Assembly: GCF_006345805.1 (NCBI RefSeq)
Contig: NC_043010.1
Span: 30,690,001-30,754,000, forward strand
Direction of reading: 5' to 3'
Source of the DNA: Octopus sinensis
Lineage: Eukaryota
Length of the DNA stretch: 64,000 bases
Made by a program: the position numbers and the translations under genes. Shown one piece after another: positions 37,046 to 48,969 of this stretch; within the stretch, counting starts at the first letter, position 1, and every line of letters begins with the position of its first letter. The notes below the pieces were generated by a model. It saw only the letters and a list, made by a program, of their open reading frames with translations, ran no database searches and was not told where the DNA came from.

Positions 37046-37670
37046 TACATTAATAAAACGAATTCCAACCTTGTCTGATTTTCACGTTTTATTTACAATC
37101 TTATAATGATATAAGGTAATATAATATAATAAAATAAAATAAAATAATAGAATGTTAAATGTTCATTCTGATTGAACATTTAACATTCTATTATTTTATT
37201 TTATTTTATTATATTATATTATCTTATATTACATCATTATAAGATCTCTCTCTATATAAACGGCAGTTTGTCTGTGTGTGTTTCTGTGTGTCTGTTTTCT
37301 CGTACCCTCACTCTGACCACGGCTTTCAACCGATTCTGATGAAACTTGACACACACATAGCCCAATGTCATAATTCAAAACTAACGCAGCGAAAATTTTG
37401 AAAAGTTCCCCCAGTTCTGAAAAAAATCGATAAATTCGACATGGGGTCGAGAATCAGAAACCCAAACCACAGACCGTCTAGGGGACGCAACTCCACCTTT
37501 TTTAACTCTCAAAAAAATTTACCATCATTTTTTTGCTATTTTTTGGCTATAACTCTCTAAAAATGCTTTATAGTTATTTCCCTTACAAACCTGAGCAACG
37601 CCGGGCGATACTGCTAGTTGTAAATAAAACGTGAAAATCAGACATGGTTGGAATTCCTTTTATTAATGTA
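37046..37670. repeat. ~120-bp-arm palindrome whose right arm is split by a Helitron
   Basis: Centre aatgttca-ttctgat-tgaacatt; the arm resumes after 37617. Confidence 0.85.
37245..37617 (+). mobile_element. Non-autonomous Helitron (Lep1-like layout)
   Basis: a|TC...microsatellite...cctgagcaacgccggg...CTAG|t; near-identical copy at 44333-44713. Confidence 0.85.
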
Positions 37671-37686
37671 TATATATATATATATG

Positions 37687-37757
<71 letters not shown>

Positions 37758-37968
37758 TACATATATATATATATATATTAAATATATATATATATGCACA
37801 TATATATATATATATATATACATATAATATATTATATATATATATATAATGCTGCACCCCTTATTCCTTCGAAATTAGGAATATGCAGCCTTCGAAACAT
37901 GTCGAAAATAAAGGAATTTTGTTAATTCATCGTTCAACTCCATTCTTTCATTTATTTATATATATATA

Positions 37969-38001
<33 letters not shown>

Positions 38002-38821
38002 GCCAGCAGCAGTTGGGGTTGGGATCTGGCCAACTTCACAACAGGCAGTATAAGAACAAGGCAATCAGATAGATGGATATCTTGCTATCTTCACACACAC
38101 ACAGTATTTAGCAGTCAAAATACAGTTATGTAACAGTCGTTTCTTTTAGAAAGACAAAGTCTAGTTTGCAGAGTGGAGAAGAATAAAGTCAAATGATTTA
38201 ATCCTAGTATATCATTGGCAGATATTTTATTGAGTGATAAAGCTATGTCTCAGCTATGAACTATATTGTATGTAGATCAGTTTTCTCTTTCAAGTACACA
38301 ATCTAATGTCAGTGAACAGCAATAATATGAGAAATGTATTGGCTGAGAACTTCCTTATTGTCACTAGTCGACTAGTGAAAATGCTTAAGGGAGGTAACTG
38401 ATCCACAACTACTATTTTCTGAAATTAAGTAAAATAGAGAAAATGGATTACAAATTAAAACGGTGACATAAACAATAATTTAAAACTTTCATAAAGTTAG
38501 TTCAACAATTATAAAGAGAGGTAACTGCCTTTACTGAAACAGGTTTGGTGAAACAAACAGGAGAAACAGAACTCAATGTATGAGCAAATGTTTTCCTTAA
38601 TCATCAGAAAAGTTAGTAAAGAGACTCAAAGGCCAAGAGTTTGGTAAGTGGCATAAAACAGTTGGCTTTTGACTCATTCTCATACCTTTTCTACTAATCT
38701 AATATATATATGTATGTTATTATGGTTCTCGTTTTGTTAAATAAATAAACAAGTTAACATTCTAATATCTTAAAGCTGATAAACCAACTAAATTGTTTCT
38801 CCATTTTCTTATTTGTATTAC

Positions 38822-38855
<34 letters not shown>

Positions 38856-38857
<2 letters not shown>

Positions 38858-39027
38858 GTGCAGGAGTGTCTGTGTGGTAAGTAGCTTGCTTACCAACCAC
38901 ATGGTTCCAGGTTCAGTGCCACTACATGGCACCTTGGCCAAGTGTCTTCTACTATAGCCTCGGGCTAACTAAAGCCTTGTGAGTGGATTTGGTAGACGGA
39001 AACTGAAAGAAGCCCATTGTATAAATG

Positions 39028-39088
<61 letters not shown>

Positions 39089-39284
39089 CTGTGCTTGTCC
39101 CCGCATCTCGCTTGACAACCGATGCTGGTGTGTTTACGTCCCCGAAACTGAGCGGTTCGGCAAAAGAGACCGATAGAATAAGTACTAGGCTTACAAAGAA
39201 TAAGTCCTGGGGTTGATTTGCTCGACTAAGGGCAGTGCTCCAGCATGGCCACAGTCAAATGACTGAAACAAGTAAAAGAGAGAG

Positions 39285-39285
<1 letters not shown>
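38856..39285 (+). mobile_element. Full-length Ceph-like SINE
   Basis: tRNA-like head, conserved core, internal (TA)n(TG)n, gaaacaagtaaaagag tail. Confidence 0.8.
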
Positions 39286-39315
<30 letters not shown>

Positions 39316-39471
39316 ATATATATGGATAGAAAAAAAATCTTAAATGTATTCAGGTCTTTGTTCTAGATTGTAACAGAATAGATATCTTCAAATGCCTTAA
39401 TAGAGAGGTCTGGGATGATGTCAACACAGTTTAATTCTGTTTCAGTTTTGTTACAAACACCAAAAAAATAT

Positions 39472-39477
39472 TTTATT
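39472..39477 (-). promoter_or_regulatory. Candidate polyadenylation signal of the ZNF gene
   Basis: AATAAA about 160 nt after the stop codon. Confidence 0.3.
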
Positions 39478-39637
39478 GATGTCAATGAAGAAAAGTTTTA
39501 TAAAATATATATATATATATAAAATGCATGTTTAATATATAAAATACATGTATGGACATGTGAAATGCCCCACCCACACTATTCCAAGCTGAGTCTGGCT
39601 TAGTCACAATTTATGAAGAAACACAACAGGTTGTTTT

Positions 39638-41518
39638 TCATGGAACTACACCATCTCTCTCATGTAGTCTTTGGTGCTGAGTTAAATTACTGTTTTGAGA
39701 AAACGATCTTCCACAAATGTCACACTTGAAAGGTTTCTCTCCTGTATGCACACGGATATGTTTCAACAATGCACTTTTCGACGCAAAGGCTTTCCCGCAG
39801 ACTTCACAAGCAAATGGTTTACCTCCAGTGTGTAGCCATTTGTGCTTTAATAAATTACCTTTAATATAAAAAGATTTAGCACAATACTCACAGTTGTAAG
39901 GTTTTTCTCCAGTGTGTGATCGATGGTGTCTTAATAAAGTGGATTTAAGAGAGAATCGTTTATTACAGATATCACAGGTATATGGCTTCTCTCCTGAATG
40001 TAAACGTTGATGCTGGATTAATTCAGTACTTAAATAAAAAGACTTCCCACAGATTTCACAATCATAGGTTTTGCCAGTAGTGTGTATTCGATTATGTCGT
40101 GATAAACTGAATCTTTTAGAAAAAGCCTTGCCACAGATTTCACATGCATAAGGTTTCTCACCTGTATGGACTCGTTTGTGCTCTAAGAAGTGGAAACTTG
40201 CTGCAAAAGATTTATGACAAACTTCACACTGGTATGGTTTCTCTCCCGTGTGGATTTGAGTGTGTTTTGATAGTGTGGTGTGTTGAGAGAAAGATTTCCC
40301 ACAAATATCGCATGTGTAAGGTCTCTCTCCCGTGTGAGTTCGAACGTGTTTCACCAAGTTTGTTTTCAGAGAGAAACATCTCCCACATATATTACAGCAA
40401 TATGGTTTTTCTTTCGTATGTATTCGTTTGTGGTCAACTAAACTACTACTTTGTGAAAAAGCTTTCCCACAGATATCACAACTATATGGTTTCTCACCTG
40501 TATGTACACGAATGTGTTTTAACAATGTGCCATTTGTAGAGAAAGACTTACCACAATCTACACATGTATAAGGTCTTTCTCCTGTGTGCAGTCGTTTATG
40601 TTTGTTGAAATTGTTATTGGCATTGAAAGATTTACCACAAATGTCACATCTGTATGGTTTCAACCCCGTATGAATTTGTTTATGTCTTGATAAACTTGAT
40701 CTTTTAGGAAAAGCTTTACCACAAACATCACAAGAAAAATGCTTTTCATCTATATGCACCTGTTTATGTTCTTGTAGAAGACTATTTTCAGGAAATGCAT
40801 CACCACAAATTTTACATAAATATGGATTTTCCCCTGTATGTAACCACAGATGCTTTGATAAACTAATCTTCACAGAAAACCTTTTACCACAGATTTGACA
40901 AGAGTAGGATTTCTTTTCCATGTGTGTCTGAATATGTTTTGACAGACTACTACTTTGGAAAAACAATTTGCCACATATTTCACATAGAAAGGATACTTCA
41001 CTTGTCTGGTTTTGATTTTGCTTCCCTGTAGTATTTGGGATAGGGAAATATTTACTATCCATTGTATGCTTATAGGAGGAAGTCTGTTTATTGTGTGTTT
41101 CTATATGCTCAGATAACCTACCGTCATTAAGAAATAATTTATCACTAAGCTTATGCTGATATGATTTACTTTCATAATATAAATGTTTCTGGTCTGGTGA
41201 ACAACTGTTTTGAGAATAAACACTATCATTAATATATTGATAATCATTTTCTTGGGAAACCTTCACTTTCCCTTTGTAAGAATTATTGTTTCGGGAACAA
41301 GCAACACCCTTCATTTCACCTGTATGCAATGTTTCCCCTTTGTGCATTTGTTTGTGCTTACGGAAAATATATTTTAAAGGAAAGCTTTTACCACATATTT
41401 TACACAAATCAATCTTCAACTCTTTGTGCGTCCTCCTGTGTTGTAAAAGGTTAAATCTTAAAACAAAACTTCTTCCACACATTTTACAGTGAAATTGTTT
41501 TTGTTGAGAGTGTGACAT
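39638..41518 (-). CDS. Tandem C2H2 (Kruppel-type) zinc-finger protein, 626 aa, 18 intact fingers, single coding exon
   Basis: Uninterrupted ORF of C-x2-C-x12-H-x3-H units with TGEKPY-type linkers; no KRAB/SCAN/BTB/ZAD recognisable. Confidence 0.95.
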   Translation of the reverse strand: MSHSQQKQFHCKMCGRSFVLRFNLLQHRRTHKELKIDLCKICGKSFPLKYIFRKHKQMHKGETLHTGEMKGVACSRNNNSYKGKVKVSQENDYQYINDSVYSQNSCSPDQKHLYYESKSYQHKLSDKLFLNDGRLSEHIETHNKQTSSYKHTMDSKYFPIPNTTGKQNQNQTSEVSFLCEICGKLFFQSSSLSKHIQTHMEKKSYSCQICGKRFSVKISLSKHLWLHTGENPYLCKICGDAFPENSLLQEHKQVHIDEKHFSCDVCGKAFPKRSSLSRHKQIHTGLKPYRCDICGKSFNANNNFNKHKRLHTGERPYTCVDCGKSFSTNGTLLKHIRVHTGEKPYSCDICGKAFSQSSSLVDHKRIHTKEKPYCCNICGRCFSLKTNLVKHVRTHTGERPYTCDICGKSFSQHTTLSKHTQIHTGEKPYQCEVCHKSFAASFHFLEHKRVHTGEKPYACEICGKAFSKRFSLSRHNRIHTTGKTYDCEICGKSFYLSTELIQHQRLHSGEKPYTCDICNKRFSLKSTLLRHHRSHTGEKPYNCEYCAKSFYIKGNLLKHKWLHTGGKPFACEVCGKAFASKSALLKHIRVHTGEKPFKCDICGRSFSQNSNLTQHQRLHERDGVVP

Positions 41519-42064
41519 GTTTTTTTTTTTAATTCTTTTTTAGATTCTTATAGAGTATTTCTTTCTGGTAACTTTTCATGAATCAGTTTTGTCTCCACTA
41601 AAGTGTGTTGCCAAAAGTGAATGGTCTGGCTTAAATGAAAATGTTATCCTACATTTCTTTATTTGATGAAATCTTCTTTACAAATTGACTGACTTTTTCC
41701 ATAAGATTCAATAAACCAGCCAGGTTTTAAAATCATATTAAAATGCCATTGTCAATAAAGTGACAAAAACTCACCAACAGATGACCACATTACTAAATAA
41801 ATGGTAAATTGTAACATAAACTCTGAAACAGTAATAAGCCAGCCATTTTGGGATTTTATCTGTGCTTCAAGTTGATTTGTAAAAAAGAAAAAGATTCTAT
41901 ATTTTGATATTTATTGCTCTATTGCACTTGAACATGGTGCTGTAACTGAGAGATCACCATCTGTCTTCTAATAAATAACATCAATGATAAAGTGCCACAT
42001 CTCTTCCATTGATAAGGGTTTGATGTCATACCAAGAATTCGTCACGGATATGGCAATGGTATTT
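41519..42064 (-). other. Probable 5' UTR part of the ZNF coding exon
   Basis: Good acceptor ctttgtttctaattccag|aa at 42065/42064; repeat-free down to the ATG. Confidence 0.45.
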
Positions 42065-42409
42065 CTGGAATTAGAAACAAAGTAAAAGATCACTATTTAT
42101 GAAGCAAAAAAATACAGAAATGGTGGAATGTCAAACTAAACTTCTCAATATTTAGTTTAATTCTCCTATACCACAAGTGTTGGTAAATTAATTTCTAGTC
42201 AAATTAAAGTGAATGTTTTATTAAGAGTGCTGAATACTGTATTATTAGCCTTGAGAGATCTTCTCATAAGCTGCATGATGCATAAAAGCAGAGGTATAAA
42301 TCGTATGCACCATGTGCATATTTGAGAGGAATTCTCAAGGTTAATAATGCAGCATTTGGCATTCTAACAAGACATCCATATTAAGATGGATATAAAGACT
42401 GCTTTTTGA

Positions 42410-42546
42410 TACTAAATGGTTCTGGATTCAGTCCTACTGCATGGCACCTTGGGCAAGTGCCTTCTACTATAGCCTCAGGCCAACCAAAGCCTTGTGAGTG
42501 AATTTGGTAGAGAGAAACTGAAAGGAGCCTGTAACATATATATATG

Positions 42547-42581
<35 letters not shown>

Positions 42582-43326
42582 TTATCCCCTCCACCATTGC
42601 TTGACAACCAATGTTGGTGTGTTTACATCCTCATAACAAAGTGGTTCAGCAGAAGAGACCGATAGTACTAAGCTTACAAAGAATAAGTCTTGGGATCAAT
42701 TTGTTTAACTGAAACCCCTTAAGATGGTGCTCCAGCATGACCACAGTCAAATGACAGAAACATGTAAAAGAATAAATAATTAATTACTAGTTATCTGTGA
42801 TTGATTCAGTTGATTAATTGACTTGTAGGTAATATGGGAAATCATTCTTTATGAAACAGAAAAGCTCAAAAGCTTTGTATTTCATGAGAAGAAATTTAAA
42901 ATTGTCACCTTGCCTCCTAAAACAAGAGATAAATGGCATTAACTGGAAAGCTTCGTTTTTACCTTTTATTTGTTTCAGTCATTGGATTGTGGCAATGCTG
43001 GGGCACCACCTTAAAGTGTTGAGTCAAACAAATCAACTCTAGTATTTATTCTTTTAAGTTTGACACTTATTCTTTTGTCTCTTATGCTGATCTTCTAAGT
43101 TATGGGGATGCAAACAAACCAATACCAACCATCAAGTGGTATGATAGGGATACAAACATAAACATATACACATGCATGCATAATACAAACCTACAACAAG
43201 CATCCACACAATTACCATCAACAAAATTCACTGGCAAAGTATTGGTCAGCCCAGCCCAGGGCTGACTTGCCTAAGGTGGCACGCAGTGGGACTGAACCCA
43301 AAACCATGTGGTTGCAAAACAAGCTT
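42410..43326. mobile_element. Two Ceph-like SINEs in inverted, tail-to-tail orientation (42410-42775 plus, 42958-43326 minus)
   Basis: Shared core and tail. Confidence 0.7.
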
Positions 43327-44332
43327 CTTAACCACACAGCCATACCTAAGTCAACACAGGAAGCTTGATGAGAGCTTGTATCTTGCTCCATGTGATGAAT
43401 CTTGAATCAGATGAATGGAACTACTCGGACAGAGTATTTTACTGGAAGTGGTTGAGTATTCAAGACATCTATACCATTAATGTAACCCATACAACATAGT
43501 GGGTAACAAAACTTACATGTACATTGCATTTGATGAGCTTCTCTCAGCTCAGTTTCACTCAAAAGTTTTATGTCCATCTGAAGCTATAGAAGCAGACACC
43601 TGTCAAAGTTACTGCACAGTGAAACCAAACCCTGGATCTCATTATTGCAAAGTAAACTCCTTAATTATTCACCCTTGTTCTATGCTACTTCTCATTAATT
43701 AATAATAAATCATTTAGAGGAGTAGAGGATCAAGGTGACTGAATCTTCTCCCATGCTACCAATTTTATAGAAGGGATAAAATTAAATACTGCATGCTCTG
43801 CATTTTTCTTTTCTTTTTTTTTGTGTATGCATTTCTGTGTTTCATAGAACAGAAATTAAGTTTCCCTAAAAAAAAAAGAAATAAATAAAAAGAAATTTTC
43901 CCAAAATTCAGTTTTTTTAATTTTTGTCTCCTGCTCCACTTTTGTAAGTATTCCAAAACGAAAGTGAAACAAAAATAATCAGTTAATGTTTACAATATTA
44001 CCCGGAGACAAAATAAAAAAAAAAGAATGTGTATGAAACGAATATGAAAACAAAAGTGTATGGAAAGCAACAGAGCGGGGAGAAGACTTTGGAAAATTCA
44101 CAAGATCCAAATTTTCCCCTCATAACTTTTAGGAAAATGTTTTTTTTAAAATGAAATTTTATATAAATACCTGTCAAATGGCATAGATTATAATTATAAA
44201 GAAATTTGTGGGTAAAATCTTTTCCAAAGGAGTGGGGAGTGGACATCGGAAAATTCACAAGATCGGATTTTATCCCTCGTAACTTTAAGGAAAATAGATA
44301 TCTTTTAATGAAATTGTATATATATATATATA

Positions 44333-44713
44333 TCTCTCTATATATAAACGGCAGTTTGTCTGTGCGTGTTTCTGTGTGTCTGTTTTCTCGTACCCTCACT
44401 CTGACCACGGCTTTCAACCGATTCTGATGAAACTTGACGCACACATAGCCCAATGTCATAATTCAAAACTAACGCAGCGAAAATTTTGAAAAGTTCCCCC
44501 AGTTCTGAAAAAAATCGATAAATTCGACATGGGGTCGAGAATAAAAAAAAATAAACCACAGACTGTCTAGGGGACGCAACTCAAACTTTTTTACTCTCAA
44601 AAAAAATTACATCATTTTTTTTCCATTTTTTGCTATTTTTTGCTATAACTCTCTAAAAATGCTTTATAGTTATTTCCCTTACAAACCTGAGCAACGCCGG
44701 GCGATACTGCTAG
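44333..44713 (+). mobile_element. Non-autonomous Helitron
   Basis: TC...CTAG; same family as 37245. Confidence 0.85.
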
Positions 44714-44727
44714 TATATATATATATA

Positions 44728-45032
44728 CTAGCAGTATCGCCCGGCGTTGCTCGGATTTGTTAGGGAAATAACTATATAAGCATTTTTAGAGAGTTACTTC
44801 CCTTATATAAACCGAGCAAAAAATGCATTAAAAAGCTAAAAAAATGATGGTAAATTTTTTTTTAAATCGTAGACTCATCGTAGACGCGCGCTAATACTCA
44901 GAAGGGCTCGATATGAATCACGACTATAAGATACCCGGTTTTGGTTAAACTGCACCACAAAATGTGGGAGTAGTTAGGAATCTAAATCGGAGGAGACAGA
45001 CTCTCACACAACTTCAGTTTTATATATAAAGA
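44728..45032 (-). mobile_element. Non-autonomous Helitron, second subfamily
   Basis: TC...ccgagcaacgccgggcgatactgCTAG; similar to 52834-53217. Confidence 0.85.
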
Positions 45033-48000
45033 TATACATATATATATATGTATGTATGTATGTATACCTTTCAAACAGCATGCATTATGGATCCTAATGT
45101 GCCACATTTTGGTTCGGAAAAAAAGGGTAAAGGGAAGAAACTGGAATTATTGGAAAATGTTTTTCTTTTTTCGATGAATGAATTACGGAGACCTAATATG
45201 CCACAATCTGCAATCTGGGATTAATATATCCAGTGTTTTTAAGAGGTATGTAAAAGATATTTTGTTTTAATATTATAATTTTACTTGTTTCACACACATA
45301 CAAACACTAACGTGGTTTTTGTAAGGATTTTGTATCATTCTTTCTCTCTCCTGTCCAGACTTCGTTACCATTAACTTTTATAACTTCAGCATTTTCACTT
45401 ATTATTCTTTTCAAACTTGTTTGAATTTTCAATTTAATGTAATCCACACTCTAAAAAATGTATTTCTGCAAAATGGTTATCTTAAAATAAGGGTAAAGAA
45501 AAGGGTCTAATGCAGTTTCGCACCTCACCTTCAAAAACTGCATTTTGGGGGTCATCCCCATCCCCCACCACACACATAAGGGATTTTCGGTACATTAGGC
45601 ATCCATAATGTATGTCATTTGAAAGGTATCTATATACAATTTTATTAGAAAATATTTATTTTCCTCAAAGTTATGGACGAAAACCTCGGATCTTGTGAAT
45701 TTTCCGAAGTCCTCTCTCCACCCTCTCGGAAAAAATTTTACCCACAAATTTCTTTATAACCGTAATGTACACCGTTTGAAAGGAATTTATATAAAATTTC
45801 ATAAAAAAAACAAAACATTTTCCTAAAAGTTATGAGGGAAAAACTCGGATCTTGTGAATTTTCCGAAGTCTTCTCCCCACCCAACCCATTGCTTTCCGCG
45901 CATTTTTGTTTTCTTATTCGTTTCATATTTTTTTTTTTTTTAAATTTCGTTTCCGGGTAATATTGTAAACATTAACCCAATTAACACCCATAAACCCACA
46001 TAAAGAAACAACGAGAAAATGAGCTAAGACAGCCACGAAGTAAAAGCTCGACCTGTTAGAAACAGCATTCAAATCTCCCTCATATTATATTCCGACGTCA
46101 AAAAAGAAGGTGCATTAGATAACGTAATAATGAGTCCCAGTAAAAAGATGGGACAGTCACGGCTGGATGCTTTAGATCAACTCAACCATGATTGTCTTGT
46201 AAGCAACAGCAGCAGCAGGAACAATATAAATATTGTCGGAAATTTGATAACATTTTTTACATTCATATCAACGTTTCTTATCTCTACAGTGAAACGTTTA
46301 TAAAACTGAGCTGGAGTTTGTTTATAAACAAAACTGGACATAAGGGGGATGGAAAAAATTGAAATCCTTAGCAAAATTTTGTTTTTCTCAGACTTGTAAT
46401 TACCGTTGTATGAAACACAGGAATAATAACAAAATGTGGTGGTTGGGTAGAACTATTCTTTTCCTTTCTCATGAGGTATGGGACTTTGAGGTATAGCTGT
46501 TTGAATTTCCGCCAAAATATTATAGCGGATGGTTACGACTTGGAATTTTTACTGTAAACCTAGTTCGATATTTCGCATTTGGTACCCAAATAACACCAAG
46601 ATTGCTTTTAACTCTCTCCAATCTGGAGAAAATAAATTCCAATAATATAATCAGACCAATTCAATTAATTAATAATACGTATCCCATGTAAAGTCATTAA
46701 AAATAAATTTAAAATAAAACAAAACAAAAAAAACCTTCGGACCAAGTCAAAAGAAATTAATATTTTCTCTAGTTTTTGAAAATACACATACACAAAAAAA
46801 ATAATTCCATAACATTCTACTCTGTTTAAGATCTCCATCTTCGATAATTAACATCTTGTAAATCAGAATATAAAATATAAAAGCATAAAACATTCCCACA
46901 AAGAATATGTTTGGCTTATCAAAGAACTGCTGTCCCATCTTGCTTCTGCAATCATCTATACACGTTTTCCATTTTGATGGGATCCATCTGGATACACGAG
47001 CCTCACATTTTCCATCTCTCTACACCATTTCTCTGAACACTGCACTAAACACCCTCAAAGTACACAAATTTTGACTTTCCTCTTTCCCATCGAACCGTGT
47101 AGTCTCTTTAATCATTAATCTTCGGTCAAAATTCGACACAGGCGCGATATATACATTACAAACAAAGGATCTATGAGACAGCTCGTTCTGCTAGAAACAG
47201 CAGCTAAATTTTCTTTAAATCACATACAGTTTTGAAATGAAAGAACTTTGGATAATGTAGTTCGGAGCACAATAACTGATGGGGGGAAAATGAAAGAAAA
47301 ACAACAGAATGCCTTTGATCATAAACCTGTCTGCTCTATCAAGACTGACCAGGGGCTAAACGACAAATCCTCTTTCTTTTCAATTCTCCAGCCAGAGTTG
47401 GCTTTCCTCACTGACAACAGTCGCCCTTTACTCCTTTCAGGATCAGCAAAATAAAAATAGGAAGAAAACAACACGAAAAGCAATTTAGTTCATGTAGTAG
47501 TAGTAGTAGCAGCAGCAGCAACAACACTAAGCTATGTATGTGTGTCGAGAGATGGATCGGAGATTGTTTTCACACTTGAATGAGCTTTAGAGAACAAACA
47601 ATGGAAAGTTCCCAACTATGACCTTTATGAAAAGTAAAAAAGGGTCAATTCTAATAATGGCCGTTGAGTATTCACTGTAGATCCAGATAAAGAAATACAA
47701 ATTTTGCACGATAACGAAATAAAAACTCGTGCCGAATGACATTAGGGCATTAAAAAAATTTTTTTTAGCGATGTTTTGCTTCCATCGTTGACAATTTTGA
47801 GATTAGATACATCACTTCACATGAAATCAAGCATCGGGCACAAAATGTAAATAAAAGAGCAAACGTGCTTGACTAGTAACACCAGTTTTAACAATATTGA
47901 CAATAATTCTAAAACAAAGCTCTCACACACCAATAACATACAAATCATATTTGACAAACAGATGCTAAAACAACTCAACTTACCAGCCGTGCTATCCTAT

Positions 48001-48600
48001 ATACTTTTCTCTCTCTCTCATTGTAAACAATACACATCCAATGAAAAAACCAGAGTTACTGTCATATCATTATCCACTAAGATTTTATCAAAATTATATC
48101 ATATTAAAATTTTAATTAAGAAAAACCACATCAAGCAGTCACACGTGTCACGGCTGACTTGTTCCATAACCAAGATTATAGGAGAAACTAAGCGATAAAC
48201 ATAAGTCAATAGCATAGCTACAAACGATAGACGTAGTTTCGCACTCAGTAGAGTTATACTATGTTGATAAGGTATCATAGACTGAAACATGTACTCTGCC
48301 TTGAACGAAGACAGAACTTTTCTCCCACTAAACACGTAAATTAACTCTAAGAGATTATTTCTTAATTTCTTGAAATTATCTCCCCTCTTCTTCGAGTGTT
48401 GCGACGCTTTTTTTTTCCAAGTCTAAAAGATTTTTTACGTGCGGTATTTAATAATTATCTAAATCCATGATATTGGTCCTTTATAATTATTTCCTTTTGC
48501 CCATTTGTTTTAATCATTCAAGTTATACTGGCTCAAAACTATTCATAACTCATTTTCTATATAAAAAAATCTTTATCAATTAATCAATAGGCTTGGTTAG

Positions 48601-48644
48601 ACTATAGGCTGATGAGGCCTAATAGACTGAAACGTGTCTACAGT
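48601..48644 (+). ncRNA. Minimal type I hammerhead motif
   Basis: ACUAUAGG-CUGAUGA-GGCCuaauaGACU-GAAAC-gu-GUC-UACAGU. Confidence 0.55.
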
Positions 48645-48969
48645 TGTCCCTTACCCTCACCAATGAGATTTCCTTTCCTCCAAACATGTATATTAACTTT
48701 GAGAAATGAATTCTTAATTATTGAAATTATCCGCCTTCTTTGAGAATTGCTAACAACTGTCACTAGTATTTTGTCTTTTTTCTCCAAATATCTAGGGCAC
48801 CACCTTGAAGAATTTTGGTCAAACGAATCAACCCCAGCACTTATTTTTCTAAGCCTCGTGTTTATTGTCAGTCTCTTTTGCCAGACCGCTAAGTTACAGA
48901 TGAAGCATTTTTCATAGACACAATTGCACAGCATCATCTCTTCTGTGTACATACATTTCATACGATACA

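Larger units (their letters stand above)
43982..45976. mobile_element. Non-autonomous DNA transposon with ~370-bp TIRs (foldback/MITE), with nested Helitrons
   Basis: gttaatgtttacaatattacccgga... / ...tccgggtaatattgtaaacattaac; left TIR split by the 44333-45032 insertions. Confidence 0.7.

Noticed and set aside
37845-37960. Half hammerheads (GAAACAUGUC here; also minus strand near 5880 and 19160)
   Set aside because: CUGANGA half is missing, so they cannot be called ribozymes; probably truncated Penelope tails
38856-38935. tRNA genes at SINE heads
   Set aside because: tRNA-like A/B boxes run into SINE cores; no full cloverleaf
40144-40539. Plus-strand ORF overlapping the ZNF gene
   Set aside because: Typical antisense frame of C2H2 repeats
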